From assembly GCA_964577595.1 (NCBI GenBank), contig CAZNZK010000001.1, positions 1,434-65,433 on the forward strand: a DNA stretch of 64,000 nt, in the 5' to 3' direction. The position numbers and the translations under genes were made by a program. Below, piece by piece: positions 28,278 to 37,351 of this stretch. This DNA comes from an uncultured Candidatus Saccharibacteria bacterium. Its GTDB lineage: Bacteria; Patescibacteriota; Minisyncoccia; Phycocordibacterales; JAKAEA01. A model generated the notes under the pieces. The model saw only the letters and a program-made list of their open reading frames with translations. It searched no databases and had not been told where the DNA came from. Numbering within the stretch: position 1 is the first letter of the stretch; every line of letters begins with the position of its first letter.

Positions 28278-31200
28278 ATGGCCAGCGGCGAAAATTTTGA
28301 AAAACTCTATAAGGCGCTCAATGTCGCCCAGAAAAAGGCGGTGGATGCTATTGAGGGGCCGGTTATGGTTATTGCGGGCCCTGGCACGGGTAAAACGCAA
28401 ATTTTAGCCCTGCGCATTGCCAACATTTTGCGAAAAACCGATACATCACCCGACGCCATTTTGGCCCTGGCCTTCACAGAATCCGCGGTGCACTCCATGC
28501 GTTCGCGTTTGGTTTCAATCATTGGGCCGGCGGCCTATAAAATCGCTATTTTCACCTTCCATGGTTTTGCTAACAGTATTATTGAACGCTATCCGGAAGA
28601 ATTTCCACGCATTATTGGTGCCGCTCCAGCCACCGCCGTTGATCAGGTGGGTATTTTGACTGACATCATTGAGGGTCGCTCGAAACTGGCAAACGGATTA
28701 GTAATTTTGCGTCCCTACGGCGAGCCACTCTTTTACTTGCCGGGAATTCAATCAGCCATTACGGAATTAAAGCGTGAAAACATCGGCCCGGCAGAGTGCT
28801 TGGCGCTGGTTAAAAAAGAAGTAAAAGCCTTGGCGGCCGTACCCGAGAGCGAGCGGGTGCACCAAAAAGGCGCTCATAAAGGCAAAGTTAAAAGTGAATT
28901 CACCGAGCGCGAAAAAAATGTCGCTAAAAACCAGGAGTTTGCCGCTGTATATGCCGCCTATGAACACGAGCTGGCGAAGCGTCGGCTCTATGATTTTGAA
29001 GACATGTTGCGCGAGGTGGTGCAGGCGTTTTCCAATAATGCCGACTTGCTTCTGCGCGCCCAAGAACAGTATCAATACATTTTGGCCGACGAGCACCAGG
29101 ATGCCAATGCTACCCAAAACGCCCTTCTGGAATTGCTGACGAATTTTCACACCGAGCCGAACCTTTTCATTGTCGGTGATGAGAAGCAGGCAATTTTTCG
29201 TTTTCAAGGCGCGTCGCTGGATAATTTCTTGTATTTTAAAAAACTCCACCCAGCGGCCACCGTTATTTCTCTTGAGCAAAATTACCGCTCAACGCAGGCA
29301 ATTCTTGACGTGGCCGGTGGGCTTATTGCTAATAATCGCGTTGCTGATGCCAACATGCGCGTGTCTCTGCGGGCCAGCGGGGCTGTGGCCGGCAAGAAAG
29401 AAAAGGGGACTGGCGGGCTAGACATTTCGCTGGCTGAATTCAGCTCACCGGAACGAGAACTCACGTTTGTGGCTCGCGATATTGCTACGCGAAAAGAGCC
29501 TGATGTCGCCATTATATATCGCACCAACAATGACGCTGACGGCATTAGTCGGGCCTTGCGTGTGGCTGGCGTGCCGCACACGATTTATTCTGATAAAAGT
29601 TTATTTGCCGACCCGGCCGTGGCCAACCTGGTTCTCTTGGCGCGAACGCTTGCTACCTATGGTGATGATGCCGTCCTCGGTCGCGTGCTGTACGTCGATT
29701 TTCTGAAATGCTCACCGCTGGATGTTTTTAAACTTACTCGTTATGCTTCGGAAAAACGGGTCCTTATTGCTGATGTGCTAGCTTCGTCCAAGCTTTTGGC
29801 CGCCGCTGGTGTTGCGGATGTGGAACACTTCAGTGGTGTCGCCACCACGCTTTCCGCTCTGGCTATTTTTAGTAAAAACCATGGGTTGACCGAAACTTTG
29901 GACCAGCTAGTGTATCACTCGGGTTTTATTGAGCATTTACTAACAGCGCCGGCCATTGTGGAGCATTTAGCGGCTTTGGAATCTTTTATGCGTGAAGCGG
30001 GTCAGGTGGTGCGCGGCAACGCAAAAGCCACCCTCGCCGACATGGTGGCGTTTATTGATGTGGTGGAGGAACACGGTATTGGGCTTGGCATTACAGTTGC
30101 AGATGCGGACGATCGCGACGGTGAGCCACTAGTGCGCCTTATGACCGCGCACAAGTCAAAGGGTTTGGAATTTCAAACGGTATATATTATTGGCGCCCAG
30201 GAGGGTCACTGGGATGGTCGTCGCAAGCGCACTCAGTTTAAATTACCCCTGCCGCGCGCCGCGGATACTGCGGAGGATTTTTCTCTTGAAGACGAGCGTC
30301 GGCTTTTTTATGTGGCGCTCACGAGGGCCAAGCGGCACGTCACTATAAGTTGGGCGGCGGCCGATATGGGTGGCAAACCAAAATTACCCAGCCAATTTGT
30401 CACCGAGCTTAATCCTGCATTAGTCCGTCACATTGACGCTGTTGTTTTGGAAAAAAAATTACGCCAACCGGAAATGAGCAAAATGGCTGGCGAGGCCACT
30501 ACGGCGCCTTTGGCCAACCGCGCTTTTATTCGGGATCTTTTTAAAAGACAAGGATGGTCGGTGACTGCGCTCAACAATTACTTGCGCTGCCCTTGGGAAT
30601 ATTTTTTCAAGAATTTGGTGCGATTGCCGGATACAAAAACCATTCACCAGCTTTACGGTACGGCCGTGCACGCCGCGCTGGCTCACTTTTTCCGCCTTTT
30701 TGGAGAAGGCGAGCTCATGTCTCGAAAGGCGTTCTTGGATATCTTTGAATTTTCCCTGAACCGACAACAGCTTTCCGCCAAAGACCGCGTCGCCAGTCTC
30801 GTTAAAGGGAATAAAGCTCTCGGAGGTTGGTACGATTGGTACGTTAAAAAAGGCGCGAATCCGTGGCCACCACAAGGTTTGGTGGAGTTTGATATTCGCG
30901 GTGTAACCGTGCCTGTCGTCGTTGCTGAAAGCAAAGATCAGCCCGAAACACTGGATGTTCCGCTTAACGGCAAGCTTGACCGGGTAGAGTTTCTTAATGA
31001 TCGCGAAGTCAATGTTGCCGATTTCAAAACGGCCAAGCCAAAAAGCCGCAATGAAATCCTCGGTAAAACAAAAAGCTCCAAGCAAAATAGCGCCCCTGAT
31101 TATTTCCGCCAGCTCATTTTTTATAAACTGCTCCTGAGTTTGCATGAAAAAGGCCGGCGGGTCATGGTTTCCGGCGACATTGATTTTGTTGAACCCAATG

Positions 31201-31382
31201 GGAGCGGCAAATATCAGAAGGAGCGTTTTATGCCCACCGATGACGACGTAGTGACATTAAAACAAACCATCATTTTGGCTAGTAAAGATGTGTGGAATCT
31301 TGCCTTCTGGAATCGCATCTGTGACGATCCCGATTGCGAGTTCTGTGCACTCCGTAAAAAGCTCGGGCCCGATCCAATGTAG
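28278..31382 (+). CDS. UvrD/PcrA-family ATP-dependent DNA helicase fused to a C-terminal RecB/Cas4-like PD-(D/E)xK nuclease domain with a 4-Cys Fe-S cluster signature
   Basis: The Walker A motif is AGPGTGKTQ. A UvrD motif is DEHQD. The C-terminal region carries VADFKTAK, the QxxxY-type motif YFRQLIFYKLL, and Cys residues at RCPWEY plus CDDPDCEFC. The start is moved to ATG 28278, because the upstream part of ORF 28203 overlaps the terminator. Confidence 0.85.
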   Translation: MASGENFEKLYKALNVAQKKAVDAIEGPVMVIAGPGTGKTQILALRIANILRKTDTSPDAILALAFTESAVHSMRSRLVSIIGPAAYKIAIFTFHGFANSIIERYPEEFPRIIGAAPATAVDQVGILTDIIEGRSKLANGLVILRPYGEPLFYLPGIQSAITELKRENIGPAECLALVKKEVKALAAVPESERVHQKGAHKGKVKSEFTEREKNVAKNQEFAAVYAAYEHELAKRRLYDFEDMLREVVQAFSNNADLLLRAQEQYQYILADEHQDANATQNALLELLTNFHTEPNLFIVGDEKQAIFRFQGASLDNFLYFKKLHPAATVISLEQNYRSTQAILDVAGGLIANNRVADANMRVSLRASGAVAGKKEKGTGGLDISLAEFSSPERELTFVARDIATRKEPDVAIIYRTNNDADGISRALRVAGVPHTIYSDKSLFADPAVANLVLLARTLATYGDDAVLGRVLYVDFLKCSPLDVFKLTRYASEKRVLIADVLASSKLLAAAGVADVEHFSGVATTLSALAIFSKNHGLTETLDQLVYHSGFIEHLLTAPAIVEHLAALESFMREAGQVVRGNAKATLADMVAFIDVVEEHGIGLGITVADADDRDGEPLVRLMTAHKSKGLEFQTVYIIGAQEGHWDGRRKRTQFKLPLPRAADTAEDFSLEDERRLFYVALTRAKRHVTISWAAADMGGKPKLPSQFVTELNPALVRHIDAVVLEKKLRQPEMSKMAGEATTAPLANRAFIRDLFKRQGWSVTALNNYLRCPWEYFFKNLVRLPDTKTIHQLYGTAVHAALAHFFRLFGEGELMSRKAFLDIFEFSLNRQQLSAKDRVASLVKGNKALGGWYDWYVKKGANPWPPQGLVEFDIRGVTVPVVVAESKDQPETLDVPLNGKLDRVEFLNDREVNVADFKTAKPKSRNEILGKTKSSKQNSAPDYFRQLIFYKLLLSLHEKGRRVMVSGDIDFVEPNGSGKYQKERFMPTDDDVVTLKQTIILASKDVWNLAFWNRICDDPDCEFCALRKKLGPDPM

Positions 31383-31394
31383 TATAATTTAGCT

Positions 31395-33305
31395 ATGCCT
31401 CCCCAGTCCTCCTCGCATTCAAAATTTGTCATATTTGTGTTGTGTGTGGTGGCGATTCTTTTGGGCGTCGTCTTCTTTTTTATTCATCAGTATTCTTCCA
31501 AGTCAGCTACTGGTGCCAGTTTGGCTACGTCCGGTCAATCGGCACTTCTTTCGGCACAAACGCAAACGGCTGTTCTGCGATGTTTTGAAAATACTACCTC
31601 AGCCCAAGTGGGCCCAATCTGCACCACAGCCACCACTGATGCCGCCGCTGAAAATCCACTCTCCCGCACCGTTGTCATTTCCGATTCGGTAGTATCCGCC
31701 AATAATATAGGGAATACTCCGGTTGAAACCGCTAACAAGCCCTCTTCTGATATTTCCGTTGTGGCACAAAAGAATTCCGTTTCCACGCAAACCACGTCTG
31801 CAGACAAAAATCCATCTGCAAATGTATCCACCCCAATTGTACCTCCAGTAAATAGTACCAGTTCTTCATCACCGGCCGACCGAGCGCCAAGCCAGCAAAT
31901 CTATACCATCACAGCCACTGCCGATGCACACGGAACTATTTCGCCTCCGGGAACGGTTACCGTGAATGCTGGTTCTTCACAAACCTACGCTCTTATTCCC
32001 AATGTTGGCTACCAAATCAACACGGTTACGATTGATGGCTTTAGCGTCACTCCTGCTGGCACCTATGTTTTTGCCAAGATTGGCGCCAATCACGCCATTT
32101 CCGTGACGTTTATTTCTATGGTGGCATACATACCTTCTGGCACATCACCGAGTGACTTAGGTACTGATACAGGGTCGCCTACGACTCCTCCCTCGGGCCC
32201 TTCCTCCGGTACTCCTTCGTCTGGGTCTGGGGAGTCTTCATCTGATACGCCTCCATCTAATAACAATACTAGCCCGGCTGATTCTCCAGCGGTTTCTGCG
32301 TTCTCCATTACTGCTTCTTCAGGAACAAACGGTTCTATTTCTCCAAGCGGCACAACAATGGTTACTGCCGGCGATTTACAAACATATACTTTTACGCCAA
32401 ACAGCGGCTATCAGGTTAATTCTGTAACCATTGATGGCGTCAATCAGGGTGCTTTACCCGCGTACACATTTTTTAGCGTTATGACCAATCATGCCCTTTC
32501 TGTTACTTTTATTCCGGCGTCGCAATCATCTTCCAATCAACAATCAAGTTCTTCCGGCTCCTCAGGATCCGGAAGTTCATCGGCTGGTGGAGGAAGTGAT
32601 TCTTCTTCTGGAAACAATGATTCTTCTTCTGGAAATTCTGGCTCTGGTTCCGGCGGCGCGTCTGCCGGAGGTCTCATTGCCTATTATCCTCTTGATGGCA
32701 ATGGTCATGATGCAAGTGGTAATGGGTACGATGCCACGCTTATTCATTCACCTCTTTTTACTGCCGGTGAATTTGGCAGAGCGGTAGAATTTAGTACTGC
32801 CGGTGCAAAATACGTTCTCTTGCCCAGTATTCTCAATTATCCAGCAGTCGCCACTACCTCTTATGCCCTCACTGTTTCGCTCTGGTTTAAAAGTACTACG
32901 GGCGATTGTCCGCTTTATTATGAAGATAATACCGGTATTGCTGGCATCCGTCTCGGTACCGACGATAAAATCTACGCCAGCGTTTTTGATCATGGTTCCG
33001 GCACTGATGAGTTGGTGACCAGTGGCACGTATACCGATGGAAAGTGGCACCACGTTGTGGACACTTATGATGGTGGCACCGAAACACTTTATGTTGATGG
33101 TGAACTTGTTGGTAGTCAGAGTGGCGTCTCCGAGCTTGGTATTACTGGCGACCCGAGCGCTCGCCTTGGAATGGGTATCGTTTGCGGCTGGCCGCATGGT
33201 AGTTGCGCTTATCATTGGCTTGATAATGGTGCCATTGACGACGTGCGTTTTTACAACCGGGCGCTTTCCGCCGCGGAAGTTATGCAACTCTATCTTGGTA
33301 ATTAA
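31395..33305 (+). CDS. Secreted/anchored protein with two divergent InlB-B-repeat-like domains, a Ser/Gly-rich linker and a C-terminal concanavalin-A-like/LamG domain
   Basis: There is an N-terminal TM helix. The repeats are YTITATADAHGTISPPGTVTVNAGSSQTYALIPNVGYQINTVTIDG and FSITASSGTNGSISPSGTTMVTAGDLQTYTFTPNSGYQVNSVTIDG. The LamG motifs are LIAYYPLDGNGHDASGNGYDA...IDDVRFYNRALSAAEVMQLY. Confidence 0.8.
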   Translation: MPPQSSSHSKFVIFVLCVVAILLGVVFFFIHQYSSKSATGASLATSGQSALLSAQTQTAVLRCFENTTSAQVGPICTTATTDAAAENPLSRTVVISDSVVSANNIGNTPVETANKPSSDISVVAQKNSVSTQTTSADKNPSANVSTPIVPPVNSTSSSSPADRAPSQQIYTITATADAHGTISPPGTVTVNAGSSQTYALIPNVGYQINTVTIDGFSVTPAGTYVFAKIGANHAISVTFISMVAYIPSGTSPSDLGTDTGSPTTPPSGPSSGTPSSGSGESSSDTPPSNNNTSPADSPAVSAFSITASSGTNGSISPSGTTMVTAGDLQTYTFTPNSGYQVNSVTIDGVNQGALPAYTFFSVMTNHALSVTFIPASQSSSNQQSSSSGSSGSGSSSAGGGSDSSSGNNDSSSGNSGSGSGGASAGGLIAYYPLDGNGHDASGNGYDATLIHSPLFTAGEFGRAVEFSTAGAKYVLLPSILNYPAVATTSYALTVSLWFKSTTGDCPLYYEDNTGIAGIRLGTDDKIYASVFDHGSGTDELVTSGTYTDGKWHHVVDTYDGGTETLYVDGELVGSQSGVSELGITGDPSARLGMGIVCGWPHGSCAYHWLDNGAIDDVRFYNRALSAAEVMQLYLGN

Positions 33306-34034
33306 TTAGGGGCGAAGCAGGGTATCTATGGCCGCTTTGAGGTTGGAATAGGGGACTGCGCCGGAAGTAATTGGTACTTTTGCCGTAGCTGTCGTTAATA
33401 CAGTAAAGGGCGTTCCTTGGGCGCCACTAGCAAGGGCGTCGTTGTATTCCCCGGTGATTTTGGTGGCATACTTGTTGCTTTCTAGGCAGGTCGTGAAATT
33501 GGCCTGATTAAGGCCAATTTGGGCCGCCAGGACGGGTAATTGGCCGGGATCAAGGCCTTGGTAGTTGAGCGCAGTAAAGTCTTTCTTGCTAAAAAGGAGG
33601 TCTAAATAGGTCCAAAAAGCAGTGTTACCACCGAGCTCGGCGGCGCATTCGGTAGCCTGTGCCTCTTTTGGTGCTTTCGGGTGAAATGCAAAGTGGCGGT
33701 AGACCCAGGCTACTTGATTAGTGCCGCTCGGGCCGTAGGTCGCCATAATTTGCTCCATGGTTTTTTGAAATTGTTGGCAGTAGGGGCAGTCGGTGTCCGC
33801 GTATTCCACCACGATAACTGGCGCATCCAAACTGCCCTGGATGTGGTCGGCGGTAGTGACGGGTGGCAGGTTGGTAATGGCGGCCCCGTTGGCGGCATTA
33901 GGTGCGAGGGAAATGGAAGAGGTGTTGGGAGCTTGTTTGATATACACGATTGCTCCCGCTACGATGATGCCTGCTACCACGATAGCGGCCGATAGTACCC
34001 AGATGATTTTATTGGAAGACGAGGGGGAGTCCAT
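33306..34034 (-). CDS. Membrane-anchored DsbA-family thiol:disulfide oxidoreductase (thioredoxin fold, CPYC active site)
   Basis: There is an N-terminal TM helix. The active-site motif is EYADTDCPYCQQF. Confidence 0.8.
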   Translation of the reverse strand: MDSPSSSNKIIWVLSAAIVVAGIIVAGAIVYIKQAPNTSSISLAPNAANGAAITNLPPVTTADHIQGSLDAPVIVVEYADTDCPYCQQFQKTMEQIMATYGPSGTNQVAWVYRHFAFHPKAPKEAQATECAAELGGNTAFWTYLDLLFSKKDFTALNYQGLDPGQLPVLAAQIGLNQANFTTCLESNKYATKITGEYNDALASGAQGTPFTVLTTATAKVPITSGAVPYSNLKAAIDTLLRP

Positions 34035-34062
34035 ATACTATAGGATAGCATAAACTAGAAAC

Positions 34063-34102
34063 TAGGGTCAGGCACCGGTTAATAACCCGTGCCTGACCCT
34101 AG
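34063..34102. repeat. 40-nt near-perfect palindromic element, copy B (CTAGGGTCAGGCACCGGTTAATAACCCGTGCCTGACCCTAG)
   Basis: Read directly from the sequence. It lies 8 nt downstream of the exonuclease stop. Confidence 0.85.
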
Positions 34103-34110
34103 TACTTGGT

Positions 34111-34686
34111 TTAAAACGGCAAGGTGTGAGTCATGCTGGCATTGCCAAGCTCTTGCCAGCCGCTGGTATCAATAGCGATATCTACTTTTCGCGAGCCGTC
34201 TTTATAGTGGAGCTTGCCTTTTTTGAGCGCGTATTCGTAAAGCTCTTTGGTGAGACGGACATCTTCTAGGCAGTATTTCTTTACTTTTTCAATCTCGCCA
34301 TTTTTCCACCATACCAGTGCTTGGAGGCCGTGGCCCGATTTATTTTGACCAAGCGTGCCTTCGGCTATTTGATCAAGTTTTAGGCGGCGGCCGAGTGTTT
34401 TCTTGATTTCCGCGAGCAGGTCAATACTTTTTATTTTACTTAAATCGCCCGGGTAATATTTATTTAAAAGAGGAATGTCAAAATAGTCACTGTTGTAGCC
34501 TATGAGCACATCGGCGGCCTCAAATATAGGCCACAATTGAGGTAATTCTTCCTGTAGATAGGCACGATATGTGTCGGTGGCAGAGTCATAGACACCGACC
34601 ACGGAAATATCCAAATCAGTCGGGTCATTACTGCCGACATCTTGAAAAAGATTTCTAGTTTCAATATCAAATACAATAAAGCGCAT
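34111..34686 (-). CDS. DEDD-family 3'-5' exonuclease (RNase H-like fold)
   Basis: Motif I is FDIETRN. Motif II is GYNSDYFDIPLL. Motif III is YCLEDVRLTKELY. The ATG at 34686 is preferred. The GTG extension to 34704 in the ORF track would translate the repeat element as PDPPP. Confidence 0.75.
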   Translation of the reverse strand: MRFIVFDIETRNLFQDVGSNDPTDLDISVVGVYDSATDTYRAYLQEELPQLWPIFEAADVLIGYNSDYFDIPLLNKYYPGDLSKIKSIDLLAEIKKTLGRRLKLDQIAEGTLGQNKSGHGLQALVWWKNGEIEKVKKYCLEDVRLTKELYEYALKKGKLHYKDGSRKVDIAIDTSGWQELGNASMTHTLPF

Positions 34687-34691
34687 GGGGG

Positions 34692-34731
34692 GAGGGTCAG
34701 GCACGGGTTATTAACCGGTGCCTGACCCTAG
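34692..34731. repeat. 40-nt palindromic element, copy C; it is the reverse complement of copy B at 39 of 40 positions
   Basis: Read directly from the sequence. It lies 5 nt upstream of the exonuclease ATG on the minus strand. Confidence 0.85.
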
Positions 34732-34832
34732 TTTACAATAGTTTCGGACTATCGCAATTATCCACAGGTTGTGCGTATTGCTTTTACTGCCAGTCGGCGG
34801 TATTCTGTAGTGAACAATCATTTACTTATCTC

Positions 34833-35498
34833 ATGAAAAAAATATTCACGCAATCGGTTTATAACGCTTTAGTGACCAGTGTCTGCTCGTCGCTTGTTAT
34901 CGCGAGCGTGTATGTTGCCTTTGAACCGCTTTTTGCGCAGGGCGCGACGTCTCAAACGGTTACAGTCACCCTTAACGTGACGAGCGGCGTGGCGGTGACG
35001 GTTGATTCTAATGCTATCAACATGAGCACCAACTTGAGTGTTACGCAAAATACCGCAGTTGCCACTTCTACCTTTACCGTTTCCACCAACGACAACATTG
35101 GCTACACGTTCCAGTTGGCAGCAAGCACTAATTCGGCTATGCAATCGGGTGGTAATAAAATCGCTGATTTTCCTACTACAACACCGCAAACATGGACGAG
35201 CGGTATCGGAAACCCCGATGCACGTTTCGGTTTTTCGGTTATCGGCAGTGACTTAGCTGGTCCTGCGAGTTGGTGGGGTAGCGGTAGTTATTGTAATGGT
35301 GCTAGCACTAGCACAATTTCCACGACACTTAAATATTTTGGTTTTTACACCACCGCTACTACCACGTCAAAAAATTCCAGCACAACTACTCCTTCCGGTG
35401 ACACCACTATCGTTTGCTACGCAGTTAATCAAAATAATACCTACATCCCGAGCGGCACCTACACGGCAAGCATAACAGGCACGGCTATTGCCAACTAG
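34833..35498 (+). CDS. Secreted Thr/Ser-rich protein, paralog of the 36549 gene
   Basis: There is a signal peptide. Motifs shared with 36549..37325 are GY.FQL..ST, FGFS, a Cys pair, and C-terminal GTYTASITGTAIA. Confidence 0.7.
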   Translation: MKKIFTQSVYNALVTSVCSSLVIASVYVAFEPLFAQGATSQTVTVTLNVTSGVAVTVDSNAINMSTNLSVTQNTAVATSTFTVSTNDNIGYTFQLAASTNSAMQSGGNKIADFPTTTPQTWTSGIGNPDARFGFSVIGSDLAGPASWWGSGSYCNGASTSTISTTLKYFGFYTTATTTSKNSSTTTPSGDTTIVCYAVNQNNTYIPSGTYTASITGTAIAN

Positions 35499-35539
35499 TG
35501 CGCATTGCCATTTTTGCTCGCAGGGTGTAAATTTTCTCC

Positions 35540-36541
35540 ATGAACATGATTTCATCACGCAGGGCGCTCTCGGCTCTAATTCTCTTTATTAGTGTTGCTT
35601 TTTGCGTACTTCCCACAGTTACGGCTGCCGCGCCAGCCGGCGCAGGTCCATACCACATAGACGGGCTCTCTGTGGAAAGTCGTGGCGATTTTGTGTTGGA
35701 GCCAGCTAAACAAGAGACGTTCCTCAATCCTGGTGACACTGTCACGGAAATCATTTATGTAACCGACCGTGTCCGAGGTACTACTACGTTTAGTATTGGT
35801 ATCCAGGATTTCAAGGGTACTAATGACCCTAATGCGCCCGTGGCGATAGTTCCTCCAGGCCAAAGCGGTCCCGATTCGGGTAAGGATTTTCTCAGCGTGC
35901 CGGCTTCAGAGCTCACTCTTTCTTTTGGTCAGCGGGCCACGATTCCAGTTACGGTTACTGTCCCTAAAGATGCTTCGCCGGGCGGCTATTACGCGGCCGT
36001 CCTTATTTCCAATGAGCCAACGGTGGTGGCTACTAGCTCTACTTCAGTTACCGGTGCTACTCGCGTTATCTCGCGTCTTGGCACTCTCTTTTTCATTCGG
36101 GTTAATGGTCCCGCCAATCCGCAAGGCCAATTGCAGGATTTTCGCATTAATGCACCCACAAGCCGAGCGATTTACAACAGCGGGCCATTCACTTTTGAAA
36201 TGCTTTTCAATAACACCGGCAACCTCTACCTCACGCCTTACGGCACTATTACTATTAAGAATTTTCTCGGTTCAACTATTGCCACCGTGCCGGTGGATGC
36301 CTATTATTCTTTACCACAATCATTGCGCTATCGCGATGTAAGTTGGAATCAATTTGCCTTGTTTGGCCGATATACTGCCACACTCCAGCTTAATCGCAGT
36401 TACGGCGGCACTACTGACACCAAAACCATCGCCTTCTGGGTTATTCCGTGGGAGTTTCTGTTAACCGCTTTTGCTATCCTTTTTGTTGTAATCTTCGGCG
36501 TGATTTTCTTCCTGCGAACCTTTGAAGTGCGGCGAAAGTAA
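35540..36541 (+). CDS. Secreted protein with a cleavable signal peptide and a C-terminal TM anchor followed by RRK
   Basis: The signal peptide is ...VTAAAPAGAG. The C-terminus is FAILFVVIFGVIFFLRTFEVRRK. The architecture resembles DUF916/DUF3324-type cell-surface proteins, but this is inference. Confidence 0.7.
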   Translation: MNMISSRRALSALILFISVAFCVLPTVTAAAPAGAGPYHIDGLSVESRGDFVLEPAKQETFLNPGDTVTEIIYVTDRVRGTTTFSIGIQDFKGTNDPNAPVAIVPPGQSGPDSGKDFLSVPASELTLSFGQRATIPVTVTVPKDASPGGYYAAVLISNEPTVVATSSTSVTGATRVISRLGTLFFIRVNGPANPQGQLQDFRINAPTSRAIYNSGPFTFEMLFNNTGNLYLTPYGTITIKNFLGSTIATVPVDAYYSLPQSLRYRDVSWNQFALFGRYTATLQLNRSYGGTTDTKTIAFWVIPWEFLLTAFAILFVVIFGVIFFLRTFEVRRK

Positions 36542-36548
36542 TTAAACT

Positions 36549-37325
36549 ATGAAGCAGTTTTTGTTCGCGTTCATGGCAATGACGGTGGCGATGATGCTTG
36601 TGTGTATCGCGCGTTTTTTTGTGCCTGTCGCGGTCAGGGCCGCCATGCAAAGCTCAAAGTATGCCATTCCAACCGACAGTATTAATTTCGGTGGCGGCGA
36701 CAGCACCAGCACTAATTTTAGCGAAGAAGACACACTCGGCGAAGTGGGAAGTGGTTTGGGAACAAGCACCAAGTACTCACTCAACGCAGGTTACCAGCAA
36801 ATTTCCGGTTCCAGTATTTCTTTGACGTCAGCGGCCAATGTCACTTTGCCGGCTATTGGCGGTCTTAATTCCGGCACAACTATGGCCAGCTCAACCTGGA
36901 ACGTCACGACCGATGACGCGGCGGGCTATCAGCTTAGTATTCTTTCTGCCACAGCACCCGCTTTGGTAACGCCAGCCCATGCCTATTTCGGCGATTATGC
37001 GCCGAGTGGCGGGGTAGGCTCGGCCGACTTTACTTTCGCAGTAGGTAGCGGCGCTTCCACATTCGGCTTTTCTCCAGAAGGGCCCGACATCGTCAGTCGT
37101 TTTAAAGATACTGGTTCATCCTGTGGCACTGGTTCCAGCGACACGCCCATGGCCTGCTGGGCCGGCTTTACCACCACCAGCCAAACCATCGCCGCCGGTA
37201 GTGGCTACAATTTACCCGCTGGCGCTTCTACCACGGTTGAATATGAGGCTGGCATCGGTTCCAATAAAATTCAAGACGCGGGGACGTATACTGCCACGCT
37301 CACAGTCACCGCTGTCGCGCTGTAA
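36549..37325 (+). CDS. Secreted Ser/Thr/Gly-rich protein, paralog of the 34833 gene
   Basis: There is a signal peptide. The C-terminal motif is GTYTATLTVTAVAL. Confidence 0.7.
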   Translation: MKQFLFAFMAMTVAMMLVCIARFFVPVAVRAAMQSSKYAIPTDSINFGGGDSTSTNFSEEDTLGEVGSGLGTSTKYSLNAGYQQISGSSISLTSAANVTLPAIGGLNSGTTMASSTWNVTTDDAAGYQLSILSATAPALVTPAHAYFGDYAPSGGVGSADFTFAVGSGASTFGFSPEGPDIVSRFKDTGSSCGTGSSDTPMACWAGFTTTSQTIAAGSGYNLPAGASTTVEYEAGIGSNKIQDAGTYTATLTVTAVAL

Positions 37326-37351
37326 GCGCGACAATTTGTTATGATACGGTT

